Positions 24,601-31,204 of a DNA stretch of 64,000 nt are shown piece by piece. Position numbers and translations under genes: made by a program. Within the stretch, counting starts at the first letter, position 1; each line of letters begins with the position of its first letter. The notes beneath the pieces are model-generated. The model was not told the origin of the DNA. It did not search any database and worked only from the letters and a program-made list of their open reading frames with translations. The DNA is from a virus. The stretch is from positions 31,388-95,387 of IMG/VR virus record IMGVR_UViG_3300044951_001239; one strand, given 5' to 3'.

Positions 24601-27600
24601 CTTGGAGTAGTAACGAGACAGTTAATGTACTGACCTCTTCATTGAATAGCGTAACATATCAAAACGGGATATATGTTGCGGTAGGGCAAAACATTATAAC
24701 ATCTACTGATTTAAATTCTTGGACTGAACGTTATGCGTTTACTAATGGATTAACTAATGTATTCAATGGGGTAACCTATGCTACCACTACTGGATATACA
24801 GGGTATGTGGCAATTGGTTTGGGACAACAGACAATTGGCTCCAGTGCTGTCAATTTTGCAATCATTTATACAAGTACAGATGCATACACTTGGACACAAG
24901 TTACATTTAATGATACATCTCTGGGATTTAATAGTATTGCATCTAATGGTCAAACAATAGTAGCTGTGGGTGACGGTGGTATAATATACACCAGCTTTAA
25001 CTGTATCACTTGGTTTGCCCAATCTTCAACTATTGCTAGTAAGTTAAACAACATAATTTGGGACAGTTACAACAATAGATTCGTGGTAGTTGGCGAAACC
25101 GGGACAATATTAACCGGTACACTTGACGGTATAACTTGGACGCAACAAACTTCGGGTGTAGCTTCAACATTAGAAAGTGTTGTTTGGAACAATACTGCAC
25201 TTGAATATGTAGTAGTTGGTTTTAATAATACAATTTTAGTTAGTGCTGATGCAACTATATGGGGTAGCTCTGGAACGTTTGTAACTGCTCCGCTGGCGTA
25301 CTCAATTCAAGGAGATGACTTTACACAAGGGTATGGTCCAGAAGAATTAGTACCGGGAGTAATAGCTGATACCATTATGATGACCGTGGCTACTCGTCCT
25401 GGAACAAACTGGGATGAAACAGTTTATCAGCATGTTGGTTACAACACTGTTTCTACTGAAATAACACCAACATCTGCTTCTCAAGATGAATATAGTTTTA
25501 ATAATCTAGTTACAGTTCCTGCTCAACTTGCAGTTTTTGTAATAAATAGAAGTACTAATCTAAGTACTTCGTTGTATCGTGGAATTGACTATACAGTTGA
25601 TTGGGTTAACAAAAATGTAATATTAAATACACCTATAACTTATATTGCACCTGGAAACACAGATCGTTTAAGGATTGATGTTTATGAAGTAGGTAATGGG
25701 GATCAGTTAGTTAACGCTACCTCAGATACTGATGCATTACGACTAAACACAACTACTGGATTTCAAGAAATTTATGTAAATGCAAATTACAGCGCAAGTA
25801 TCTATCAAGGATCAGGGGTAGTCAGACCAGATACTTCCTCGATATCGGTAAATGCAAGTAGTACTTCTAGCTCCACAAACGCAATAACATGCAGTGGTGT
25901 TATTGATTTCGTATTGAATAGTCCAGTATCCTTCACAGGATCAGTCTTTGGTAACATAGTTGAAAATCAAGTTTACTATGTTAAATCAATTAGTAGTACT
26001 ACAAATAGGATTGTAATTTCTGCTACTTACAATGTAAGTACAGGCACTGCAGGTGAAACTTTCTTATTAACAGACTCCACAGGTAGTATGGAAGCTGTAA
26101 TTGCAGTTGGTACAGGATTACCTTGGACACCTCCATCGGTATTTGCAAACGGAAATGCATTAGTATTAGGAACTTATGCGTCAGTTGTACAAACAACTGC
26201 AATTACAAACTCAATCACCACTGTTAGTACAGGTGGATTGATAGTTGATACCCCGGTTGTTTTTAGTTCAACTATGTTTGGTAATGTAACTCCGCATGTG
26301 GTATACTATGTGCATAGTATTATCAGTAGTACTCGCTTTACTATATCAGCGACTCAGGGTGGATCTATATTAGCATTAATTGATGCAGTTGGCGGTGCCA
26401 CATTAGTTTCTAATGATTATGCATTTAGTATTGCTGACAATGGAATTACCGCAGCAATGGTGTTAGCAAGTACATATGATGTTACTACGGATTATTTAAC
26501 TTATACGATTATGGGTGAAACATTGCCTGAGCAGTTTGGATATACACTTCCCCAAGTTCAACTGTTTAGTGGAAATGGGTCAACTGCATTATTTGCTTTA
26601 ACTAACTATGTTAGTGGTAATAATCCAAACAATGCTATTGTAGAAATTAACGGGATTAGACAAACTGCGGCAGCTTATACAATAAGTGCTATCAGCAATA
26701 CGATATTGTTCAATAGTCCTCCTGCGGTAGATTCTACGATAGCAGTTACAACTTACAACCAAACTCAGCGTCAGTATTTAAATACTCAATACGATATCAC
26801 AGGGTCTGGTGAGGCGGTGGCAAGTATCACGGTTAGTGACACTACACACTTGTTAAGTGGATTTGATCAAGATACACCCACAGTGGCAACATTTGATCAA
26901 GATACCCCCACAGTAGTATTGTTTGACCAAGAACTAAACTATTTGACATTAGCATCTGGCACAACTAGTCAATTGATTATCAACAGCGCAATAGTGTTTC
27001 AGAATGTAATCGGTGGCATAATAGCTGGACAAACTTACTTTATTACAGAAATATTGAATTCTACTGACTTTGTTATCTCAACTCAAGTTGGTGGTTTACC
27101 GTTTGAAGTTACAACTGACAGTGGAGCAATGACTAGTGTGGTCAGTGGATTAACGGTAGCTGCTATTGTTGGAATTGATAATTCTCTTAGTGCGCCATTA
27201 GTAATTAATGTGTCTGGTACGGTAGCTGCTGATAATTCAGTAACATGCAATGATACTACGAGTTTAGTAGTAGGGCAAGATATAATATTCAAAGCTATAG
27301 TAGTTACAGTTGCCGGAGTGTTAATTAGCGGTGATGAATATGAAATTATTACATTAGGTGATACTACTCAATTACAGTGGAATACTGCTGCAGGAACAGT
27401 AGGTGTTGATTATTTAGTAGGTAGTGTATTTACCGCAGTTTCTACTGGTGGCGGGGTAGGTACTGGTACAGTGTTGCTTTCAAACTTAGGAGGAATTAGT
27501 ACACTAGGTCAAGTTTACTTTGTCCGAGCAATAATAGATTTAACACATTTTACAATACAAGATCAAGGTGGTAACATAATTGTTCTTACTGATACTTCAG

Positions 27601-29129
27601 GCTATAACTTATTTGCGTACATTGGTGGACTTGTTGCGGTTAGAGTGATTACTCAAATAAATAATAACTTTACAGAAAATCAATTGATTAGCATCGACGG
27701 CGTGGGTGGATCAATCCAGTTAAATAATAACACATATTATGTAAAAATAATAAGTGATATTGAATTTGATTTGTATAATCAGCCATATAACCCTGCATAT
27801 GCAGCAGTTAATTATCCAGTTACGCTGCCATCAGCTTATACTTCTGGCGGATATGCTTGGTTAGATCAATTATTCACTATCGTGGATACGGTTGCAACTC
27901 GTACTACTGCAAACGGTAATAGAATTACTGTTGGTAGCACTGATATTATAGTGCCAAATACTCCAGTATTATTTACTACATATGGCGCAAGTATAGGTGA
28001 CAACATATTAGGTGGAATATTAGCAAAAACTCAGTACTATGTGTTTGAAGTAAGACCTACTATCTTAGCAGGAAACTTTATTGTTGGAAATAGTTATCAG
28101 ATTGTTACGTTAGGCACCACTGATTGGAATACTGCTGCTGGAACAGTAGCGGTAGCATATGCAGTAGATGACATATTTACCGCAGCCAATATAGCGAGTG
28201 GAACAGGTCTTGCTTCTGGATTGCAAGAATTCACTATTGCGTTAACCAGATATCCAAATCAAGCGCAAGAGGGATTGACTGATGCGACAGGATCAGTCAA
28301 TGTAACTGAATTTGAACAAGTTAATGTTGACAGATTATGGGTAACAGTTAATGGTTACAGAGTTCCATCAAGCTCATTGAGATTGAATCCTTTCAATAAT
28401 TTGAGTATTTTGACAACTATCCAGACTGGTGATCAAGTTATTATTACTAGCATGATGCCAACGGCAACACCAAATGAAGAAGTTTACTTGTTGTATGTAT
28501 CAACTTCAAATGAACCTACCGTTTACAGAGTAAATTCTGAGTCCAGAACATGGTTGACTCATTCTCTCCAGTTTACTGACACTACTATATATGTAAATGA
28601 CATAACCCGTGTGACAGATACTGTTATACAAAATGTAGTATGTCCGGCAGCAGTAGATGGTAAATATAATATTGGATTGACTGCTAATAAAAATGCAATA
28701 TGTCTTGTTGAGGTTTACAATGTAACAACCGTAACTACAGTAAATCCTACAAACTATCAAATAATTATCGTAGATGCTGCTCCAGTATTACAAATTTCTA
28801 GTCAGGTTACTGTTGGTGACTCGTTAATAATTACTTTAGTTGTAGGACAATTGATCTACCTTAACGGTGAGCAAATTGCATTCGCAGAATGCGACTTGGC
28901 CAACAATACACTTGGTCAATTGACCAGAGGTGCTAACGGAACTGGAGTTAGAGATTATACCCCAATATATGCTGAAGTGTACGGACTCATGCCTGATAAT
29001 GTAATGCCAGACTTGTTATATTCAGAAGTTTGGAATCCTATCCCAGGTGTTTATGACCCGATTGAAGGTGATCCGTTACAGATAGCTTATAGTCAAGGTG
29101 CAACTTTCTTAAGAACGAATACAAACTAA
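9693..29129 (+). CDS. Giant (6478 aa) modular baseplate/tail virion protein with beta-propellers and ~15 repeated beta modules
   Basis: Uninterrupted 19.4-kb ORF after gp6. 'YLNEVKPYHVVI' is a wedge-like motif. FG-GAP-like blades at ~16750-18850, second propeller at ~24380-25270. Confidence 0.8.
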   Translation: MATRIRTLDFLPEIFKTTTNAQFLAATLDQLVAQPNTKKIQGYIGSKFGYGINAKDRYVIEPTKSRTDYQLDPGIIFLKENNSTAKDFISYPGIIDALTLEGGLTADNNRLFNNQFYSWDSFTNLDTIINFNQYYWLPEGPERVIVASNIVYSSANFVVQPEANSYLISSETLVNPSANPTLTLLRGGQYTFTVNQNTQFWIQGEPGVTGLSPTQRNVQTRDVYGVINNGITNGVVTFNVPQKNAQDDFIFPGDNTVGVVSTLPFDQVNGALVNEIGGIDGVTALDGLTVMFYNTGDTNEEVTSTFYTISLSGDIDDPLIQLTATAAIPTNQKITVSYGVEWTNRNFYRSSIGVITLEPYNSAILDKLYYQDGTIPGRVGVINLIENNVLNQINVETDILGKINYTSTNGVIFTNGLKVLFQGDIYPESFNNVEFYVEGVGTAIELIPVSTLVSPGLFSAAAYIPFDTTPFDIGNYDSSLYIPIYPDYITIARNAINRNPWSRSNRWFHIDVINATAEYNNTPELVTEYTQLGNKAKRPIIEFYPNLKLFNSGAVGKNPIDFIDTKTTDAFTYVAGQTIYYPDTAGYTTATATIAPITGAITKTATATLPLINQVVLDSTTGIHINDTITFTGTAFGGLSTDPTNNANRYYILDIVNSTNVVISATKQGTSVIVTTGTGTMSAAVYPYSTTITMPSTDVFGLFTAGQYITDSTGLLPSITFVSTISVVGSNTVITVSWYNQSIVAGTSVASVVTADTPLDNYALFDGSRVVFAVDSDSNVRNKIYVSRFSTIQPGSIPVITLTEATEGLVLLDEQTAVYRGYNYSGKDFFFDGVDWIEGQQKSQLNQPPKFDIYDGNDISFGDHAVYVGTSFSGCTLFSYGIGSGSNDTVLGFPLSYSSVNNVGDISFDVTLNSDTFTYVQGLNSITEYVNKGYVYNYSITPGIEPVIVRQLGWQTAVSPSVQYQIFEFDYDVLTNTNNTFICDIAPILTTPTQWPMIQVYVNNIYVPNTEWQVLGPVSDTSTTINIPVIPTTNTVVQILILSDQVSSTAYFQTPINLTNNPFNTSVTTANIGDIRGQYQSIFFNNPNTTGVVFGSNNYRDLGNLVPWGNRIIQNSASLVLPGTFLRNQDHNLFNSLLYNSRQYITFKTLLVDTVNNSDYSRILTPSQMLDDALGQINAPKVESQSFFWSDMLPSKAPYITNTYNFANTLDISVYPLSHIYNFATANYNGILVYLTRDNVQTQLIRGIEYTVSTDSPSLTVTLSLDVNDQITVKEFNQTYGSYVPNTPTKLGLYPATIPSVTLDTAYSPATYFIVGHDGSFNKLYGSYDSPTSTLVDFRDQVLLEYEIRVYNNLKLSETVPAGSYQSVIIPGFFRTTDYSTDEFLQIYSELFLNWVGQNRIDYKTQFYNTNNQFTYNYRDSGNQLNNQPIEQGNFRGAYLFFYDTSTPNETPWQMLGLANQPTWWTSRYGPAPYTSDNLVLWGDLETGTVWNDGTPFIKPSYARPNLSKIIPVDSNGDLLSPFDSLVGNYDQYLFQRDWIVGDVGPAEFSYRRSSTWPFDLMHILAVTKPTEFFNLGVEVDTYKYNVEFNQYLVNDRSHLVISDIPIYGTGTPATSYINWIVDYEKQLGVDATANISTLLDNLDVRLVYRAAGFSDKNLLKFFVEKSSANSNNSSLLIPDESYGLLLYENQPFDRIIYSGVVIQITENGYKVFGNSQTNAYFKTLTPKFGGTIQTITVETLTVKVTDRFTDTIQVIPYGTEFYNTQQVAQFLISYGEFLISQGVVYEEIENGIPIQWQQMVAEFLYWAQTGWDLGSITTINPSANLITINKESRIVQPLTLSQKNFLLNQDLYPISTSNLNITREGTAFAAKTLNVGDAISYGQFNISNIENGIVFDNVTLFNDVIYNLVTGLRQYRISVNGSLTADWTGNVDAAGFILNQDNVKEWDNTLKYTAGAIVQYKNKYWSALRIIQPSILFRELDWKETTYDQIQKGLLPNNQTRSYESTLYYDVNNANLENDADLLSFSLIGYRPRDYLALVDLTDVTQVNVYKNLIKNKGTLNAASAFKGANLPQGGIDYTLYQNWAIKSGEFGGILNNNFIEFRLDQPELVGNPSIVGLTSGVFIDGVQQQVPLYSVFNYGRPITTVDILPTISDLQLSSLYPTAGYVNLNDVKMASYFYSGLPTAQNAAGTTVPISQFYVRDYVWVANYLSTWQVYTPASLGSVINAKNNLNNTVTITFSQAHNLKRYESFAIVNFNVAIDNYYIVAAVVDPFNVIINLSLNPQIKNINSQGVGFRLQSQRVATAPEIGTLPLLDNEFNKLKVWVDTNNDGSWAVYRKSLNYQFDTEIVNPASETFGSAVAYASSFGYLLGDSETGEVYRYKYNALNNSYISYQTITQTTSFGANISYVNNLFVISQPTGTPKVYVYQYIDTQALNTLELYQLIAAPGGVTTWGTSTALSGDQNWLYVSDIDNNSVYAYRRAAYEVTAGNFVSANTYTITSLGTTDFTLIGASSNAVGTIFVASGGGTGTGTATNSTYELAHLIDGDALGLTSAGDNFGYSISTDYYGDTVVIGTPQQDYDVNTQNYGYTYVFSRTVQNFESQSANQAYVPVAIPVAWTPITVTQTATATTASTDRITVSSSTGFTVGDPVVFSGTIISAGALALNAVYYVLAKPTSTTFTISTTRNGSAVQLVDDTGSMTVTVQTSPLFVTVNGTSLEDNYYAVIGSTLNIYSGATPTLNAGDIVNISGSNFVLAQTLTNEETPRVGVQFGLSTDTNTFANEILVGAPFELSAENYEGAVHRYTNSGERYGTIIGTTACNITTPRTVLLNGYRVVLPIGNATSAVANINLLGLTNIQASEVNDNLVISLINVDLAIAGNKLSLTVLDSATLGEMGVELYQQTQKVTSPHVQGRTQFGTVVKFDKSNSGSFIASAPVGTRYASTTFDFFDDEIDNDTVFDNNATQWVDTFTNAGAVYMFDYLPLYSENINNPGQFVYAQSTNAQNLNYGAQPYYGSALDFNNNRVTIGTPNFVPTGYANDIFGQVVTYVSTASTPDWAVFRQSSPIVDVNGIFNIQLFSAMTNQTLENLDYIDPLQGKLLGAVAENIDVVSNIDPAAYNSAGSTQGGKVWAAENVGRLWFNTSNTRFMNYHQNDVQYNSQYWGRVFPGSNVSVYSWIASQAIPSQYAGPGNPYDVNSYSIRGIVNAEGLITPIYYYWVRNTNVVFTLIGKTLADSTLESYISQPQQSGISYFAPLLPSVFGLYNCAAYINAKDTVLHIGYSETTNDDVAHNQYSLIRDGYPEDFLSGVPGSGAAFQFHAAVGITEPIGLYNRMLDSMCGVDNAGGVVPDPLLPKAVQTGILARPRQGFFYNRFGALENYLQYANTVLAQFPIIEIRNPKFLYRTGEFFDTAQYWNTINWWAIGYNNNTKSSIQVPIYADLSTLNVPNGTIVTVASNAAGNAETYIYSGSGIWTRIGLANGTIEFSSKLWDYAEAMLGFGDNFFDTTPYDEYPSEETRYIIRSLNEEIYTNELLVFRNKSLILLFEYIQSETIESQNYLTWLNKTSFIDVSHTIRELLPLEVFRSDNQLFLEGYLNEVKPYHVVIKEFIFKYTRTDIYEGDITDFDLPAQYNSSIEQFVTPELVYANASGDNQYLPSDPIWQTAPYSQWFANYGLSISGQDGYQISVLASYMALNTTTCYVDNVNGFPVSGTIILGEEVMSYASRNIATNQLTGISRGILGSTTTVHIPGEDIFINLPAVLVLNEGRNYATPPRVTAHVDTSIYPVPRVVAQFEPVMSLGSLIGVNVINPGEGYAVLPEIIIDPAFTVLVDSTQVNIVTNTIGITTPALQTGDLVIYTVAPNSTPISGLTPGQHYYVNLLEITPSSVFALYTSYLTAINDHDRVILSAQGSGTQQFSAGAIASCVTSSAPTRENTIVLRFDRTSYTSQVINWTPSGFYAGVIDTSVQASSAITLESTVPPISTILASAGGESFEILNTTNQQTLTWSSRTRATIQTYGSATSYPNAIRINPNIGGAPVEGKIGSTIGFYIGMPVKFVGSVIGTTLTNSVTYYVKSLIQLPNTITSVLEDTGFTISTTVDNNGNPGAVLVQNTASIVAAGLTLYVGELTNLAVLTINYAGIRTATNTVAVTNNITVQLTPTGLAGTTGFYLGTTIFFTGNVFGGIVENENYYVITIIDNQTFTMSTDANPTTFSVTETLASNNSIICESATGLAANNPIIFTGTTFGGLVAGTTYYVREIFSGNTSFSIAATVNSAAIILTNDSGSCTLTNQINAVELTTGSGSMTLNVGLPISPGQIEGQAFTFYETSLPYSNVSGTASNLLARTISSTLATVNRICLVENLTNIYNNLEFNIDSDVGGLTVAGEPYTVNGFGTTTVTVSSTSGGPDYWLTLPVASNPNITDALYVGMPIVFTDPSLGGIEIGSVYYVYSINASPPAGTGQFTISAFDTLSQIFALTTSTGIMTGIGDDYLTISGGYSLIDSVQPATITNASPAVVTVANGGAFPDGTAITFGSYGTLPVPLNSITTYYVINLSGNTFNVSYSLNGVAINTITAGSGTHRVAQTNVTLTQQPITDPVFDVSYILGGYRASIITLGSGYAVNNTITIPGTLVGGTTTANDLVLTVASINSTGGVTSAIASGTPNGIVSDYYLKVLSENQVGVYSDPNLTVEVSGQNFLYTGTISTAATATNSSTNRVTVTSAAEFNVNDAIVFTGTTFGNIVLGQTYYVKTIDPGNTWVTISASTSGTTFVLVTSSGTNMTMAKSGDFAFLSEPFFFSPTIVKYNNQLYQCIISNNDADFFFSKWELLVSGNRKLNALDRIVGYYQPTVNMPGVDLTQLVSGITYPNSTYKGNAFAPDDEYEVDLILQDQPFYPSGIDLKSIIWNGLVYIAGSDIGTYSAFNVSADTTSWTINQLSNQTLSITDFIYAGGSYVITTNNNATPVLTSDNGYTWSSNETVNVLTSSLNSVTYQNGIYVAVGQNIITSTDLNSWTERYAFTNGLTNVFNGVTYATTTGYTGYVAIGLGQQTIGSSAVNFAIIYTSTDAYTWTQVTFNDTSLGFNSIASNGQTIVAVGDGGIIYTSFNCITWFAQSSTIASKLNNIIWDSYNNRFVVVGETGTILTGTLDGITWTQQTSGVASTLESVVWNNTALEYVVVGFNNTILVSADATIWGSSGTFVTAPLAYSIQGDDFTQGYGPEELVPGVIADTIMMTVATRPGTNWDETVYQHVGYNTVSTEITPTSASQDEYSFNNLVTVPAQLAVFVINRSTNLSTSLYRGIDYTVDWVNKNVILNTPITYIAPGNTDRLRIDVYEVGNGDQLVNATSDTDALRLNTTTGFQEIYVNANYSASIYQGSGVVRPDTSSISVNASSTSSSTNAITCSGVIDFVLNSPVSFTGSVFGNIVENQVYYVKSISSTTNRIVISATYNVSTGTAGETFLLTDSTGSMEAVIAVGTGLPWTPPSVFANGNALVLGTYASVVQTTAITNSITTVSTGGLIVDTPVVFSSTMFGNVTPHVVYYVHSIISSTRFTISATQGGSILALIDAVGGATLVSNDYAFSIADNGITAAMVLASTYDVTTDYLTYTIMGETLPEQFGYTLPQVQLFSGNGSTALFALTNYVSGNNPNNAIVEINGIRQTAAAYTISAISNTILFNSPPAVDSTIAVTTYNQTQRQYLNTQYDITGSGEAVASITVSDTTHLLSGFDQDTPTVATFDQDTPTVVLFDQELNYLTLASGTTSQLIINSAIVFQNVIGGIIAGQTYFITEILNSTDFVISTQVGGLPFEVTTDSGAMTSVVSGLTVAAIVGIDNSLSAPLVINVSGTVAADNSVTCNDTTSLVVGQDIIFKAIVVTVAGVLISGDEYEIITLGDTTQLQWNTAAGTVGVDYLVGSVFTAVSTGGGVGTGTVLLSNLGGISTLGQVYFVRAIIDLTHFTIQDQGGNIIVLTDTSGYNLFAYIGGLVAVRVITQINNNFTENQLISIDGVGGSIQLNNNTYYVKIISDIEFDLYNQPYNPAYAAVNYPVTLPSAYTSGGYAWLDQLFTIVDTVATRTTANGNRITVGSTDIIVPNTPVLFTTYGASIGDNILGGILAKTQYYVFEVRPTILAGNFIVGNSYQIVTLGTTDWNTAAGTVAVAYAVDDIFTAANIASGTGLASGLQEFTIALTRYPNQAQEGLTDATGSVNVTEFEQVNVDRLWVTVNGYRVPSSSLRLNPFNNLSILTTIQTGDQVIITSMMPTATPNEEVYLLYVSTSNEPTVYRVNSESRTWLTHSLQFTDTTIYVNDITRVTDTVIQNVVCPAAVDGKYNIGLTANKNAICLVEVYNVTTVTTVNPTNYQIIIVDAAPVLQISSQVTVGDSLIITLVVGQLIYLNGEQIAFAECDLANNTLGQLTRGANGTGVRDYTPIYAEVYGLMPDNVMPDLLYSEVWNPIPGVYDPIEGDPLQIAYSQGATFLRTNTN
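26861..26933 (+). repeat. 30-bp tandem repeat (FDQDTPTVAT / FDQDTPTVVL / FDQE)
   Basis: tttgatcaagatac... at 26862 and 26892, partial third copy at 26922. Confidence 0.85.
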
Positions 29130-29142
29130 AGATAAATAATAT

Positions 29143-29295
29143 ATGAACGAAAACCCAGTGGAAAATAAATACCCCCAGACCGAAAAATCCGGCACAAAAC
29201 CAAACGAACAGGTTGGCTTTTACTTTTCTTCTGGGATAAAGATAACCGACCCAAATACTAAAGAAATTTTGGTTCAAATGCGAGGTGATAATTAA
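29143..29295 (+). CDS. Small 50-aa protein (not in ORF track)
   Basis: MNENPVENKYPQTEKSGTKPNEQVGFYFSSGIKITDPNTKEILVQMRGDN*. ATAAATA lies 4 nt upstream. C-terminus resembles the N-terminus of the next gene. Confidence 0.7.
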   Translation: MNENPVENKYPQTEKSGTKPNEQVGFYFSSGIKITDPNTKEILVQMRGDN

Positions 29296-29916
29296 ATGTC
29301 AGTAATAACTCTATCATACAAAGTAGAAGGATTCATTAAAATACATGACCCTAATAACGGGGAAATTTTCGTAGACAAGAAAAATGCTATAAATTACGAA
29401 AATATGTCAATCGCCATGGCTGATACATTAAGTAGTCGTGGATACGGAGAAATCTATGAAATGGCGTTTGGGAACGGCGGAGCTAGTGTTTCAGATACAG
29501 GGGTTATCACTTATCTACCCCCAAATGTAACTGGTCAGAATGCTGCACTTTACAATCAAACTTACGCTAAGATTGTAGACGATACTAGTGTTTTTAACTT
29601 GGACCCTACCCGTAATAAAATGACAGTTTCCCATACCACCGGAAAGTATTATACTGACATTTTGGTACAATGTTTACTAGATTATGGTGAACCACCGGGT
29701 CAGGCGGCGTTTGATAATAGCACACAAACCAATAGTTCTTATATATTTGATGAATTAGGGTTGCTTGCTAACTACGGAACTGACAGTTCAGGTGCGATTA
29801 TTACAAAATTATTGACCCACGTGATCTTTCACCCAGTGCAAAAGAGTTTAAATAGACAGATTCAGATTGATTACACGGTACGCCTGCAGTCATTAACTAA
29901 TTTGGTAACAATTTAA
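29296..29916 (+). CDS. Conserved-type virion/baseplate protein
   Basis: 206 aa; 'FDELGL...LLTHVIFHPVQKSLNRQIQIDYTVR'; structural-gene context. Confidence 0.6.
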   Translation: MSVITLSYKVEGFIKIHDPNNGEIFVDKKNAINYENMSIAMADTLSSRGYGEIYEMAFGNGGASVSDTGVITYLPPNVTGQNAALYNQTYAKIVDDTSVFNLDPTRNKMTVSHTTGKYYTDILVQCLLDYGEPPGQAAFDNSTQTNSSYIFDELGLLANYGTDSSGAIITKLLTHVIFHPVQKSLNRQIQIDYTVRLQSLTNLVTI

Positions 29917-29947
29917 TATAAATAACAGATATCGGAGAGATTTTAAA

Positions 29948-31195
29948 ATGGCATATACAATTGTAAAAACCAATGGTCAAGTGTTAACGACCATTGCAGA
30001 TGGTACTGTTAATACAAGTAGTACTTCACTAGCATTACCGGGCAGAAACTTCGCCGGTTACGGTCAATATGTAGACACAAACTTTGTTCACCAACTTGAA
30101 AACTATGCTAATACAAGTCCTCCCCCTAACTCATTAGCAGGCCAGTTGTGGTACAATACAAATTCTAATACAATGTTTGTTTGTCCGGCAGACGGAACTA
30201 CATCGGCTGCTAGCTGGTTAGCATTAACCTCAACATCTAGCGGTGGTACAACAACATTTGGGGCAGTTACTGTAACTGGAAACATTGGGGCAAATAACAT
30301 CACGGTGACGAACGGCATAGTTGCTGATACGATTACTGTACGCCTGGCAACGGTTACAGCCAACGCCACTATAGCAAATGCTAATATTACTACTGGTAAT
30401 ATTGGAACATTAAACACAGCTATAGTAACAACCGGTGGCGCAGCTACAACAGGTACATTGACTGGAACTTGGACTCTGGATGGTACAGGAACCGCGAATA
30501 CTGTAGCAGGGACCGGGTTATACGTGAATTCAGGCAACATTGTAGTTAACCAAGCAGGTGGCGTTTACGGTGTCAAGACTGACAAATACATGTATGCAAA
30601 TGGTACACCTATCAGTTTTGCAGGTACTTATAATAACGGAAATGTGTTTGACTATTTGACAGGGGCAAACTCTGTAGTACAATTCGGTGGAGTTATCGCT
30701 CCTTCAAGTGTTACAACAGCAAATATCACAACAGGTGCCAATACTACTGCTGGGCAGTTGACCGGCAATTGGACATTAACTGCCGGTAGTAGATTAACAG
30801 CCACATATGCTGACTTGGCTGAACGCTTTGAAGCTGATGCATATTATGATGCAGGGACTGTTGTTGAATTGGGCGGGGACAAAGAAATCACCAGCGTAAA
30901 GTACGAATTAAGTGAAGATATCTTTGGTGTCATCTCTGATACTGCTGCTTACTTGATGAATTCAGGTGCAGGGGATAATATAACACATCCACCGGTCGCT
31001 ATGACAGGTAGAGTTCAAGTTAAAGTCACTGGTATAGTTAAAAAGGGTGAGCGGCTAGTTAGTGCAGGTAAAGGATTAGCTCGTGCTGCTCAATCAGGTG
31101 AAGCAACTGCGTTTAACGTCATTGGGCGAGCATTAGAAAACAAAATAACACATGATATTGGAACAGTTTTGGCAATTGTTACGGTGTCTAAATAA
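29948..31195 (+). CDS. Tail fibre protein with C-terminal intramolecular chaperone/auto-cleavage-type domain
   Basis: N-terminal 'MAYTI..TNG..L..I.DG...L.GRNFAGYG', Thr/Gly/Asn-rich shaft, C-terminal 'YADLAERFEAD..GTVV..GG..VAMTGRVQVKV.G.V.KGE.LVSA'. Confidence 0.7.
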   Translation: MAYTIVKTNGQVLTTIADGTVNTSSTSLALPGRNFAGYGQYVDTNFVHQLENYANTSPPPNSLAGQLWYNTNSNTMFVCPADGTTSAASWLALTSTSSGGTTTFGAVTVTGNIGANNITVTNGIVADTITVRLATVTANATIANANITTGNIGTLNTAIVTTGGAATTGTLTGTWTLDGTGTANTVAGTGLYVNSGNIVVNQAGGVYGVKTDKYMYANGTPISFAGTYNNGNVFDYLTGANSVVQFGGVIAPSSVTTANITTGANTTAGQLTGNWTLTAGSRLTATYADLAERFEADAYYDAGTVVELGGDKEITSVKYELSEDIFGVISDTAAYLMNSGAGDNITHPPVAMTGRVQVKVTGIVKKGERLVSAGKGLARAAQSGEATAFNVIGRALENKITHDIGTVLAIVTVSK

Positions 31196-31204
31196 GGATT
31201 AGAA

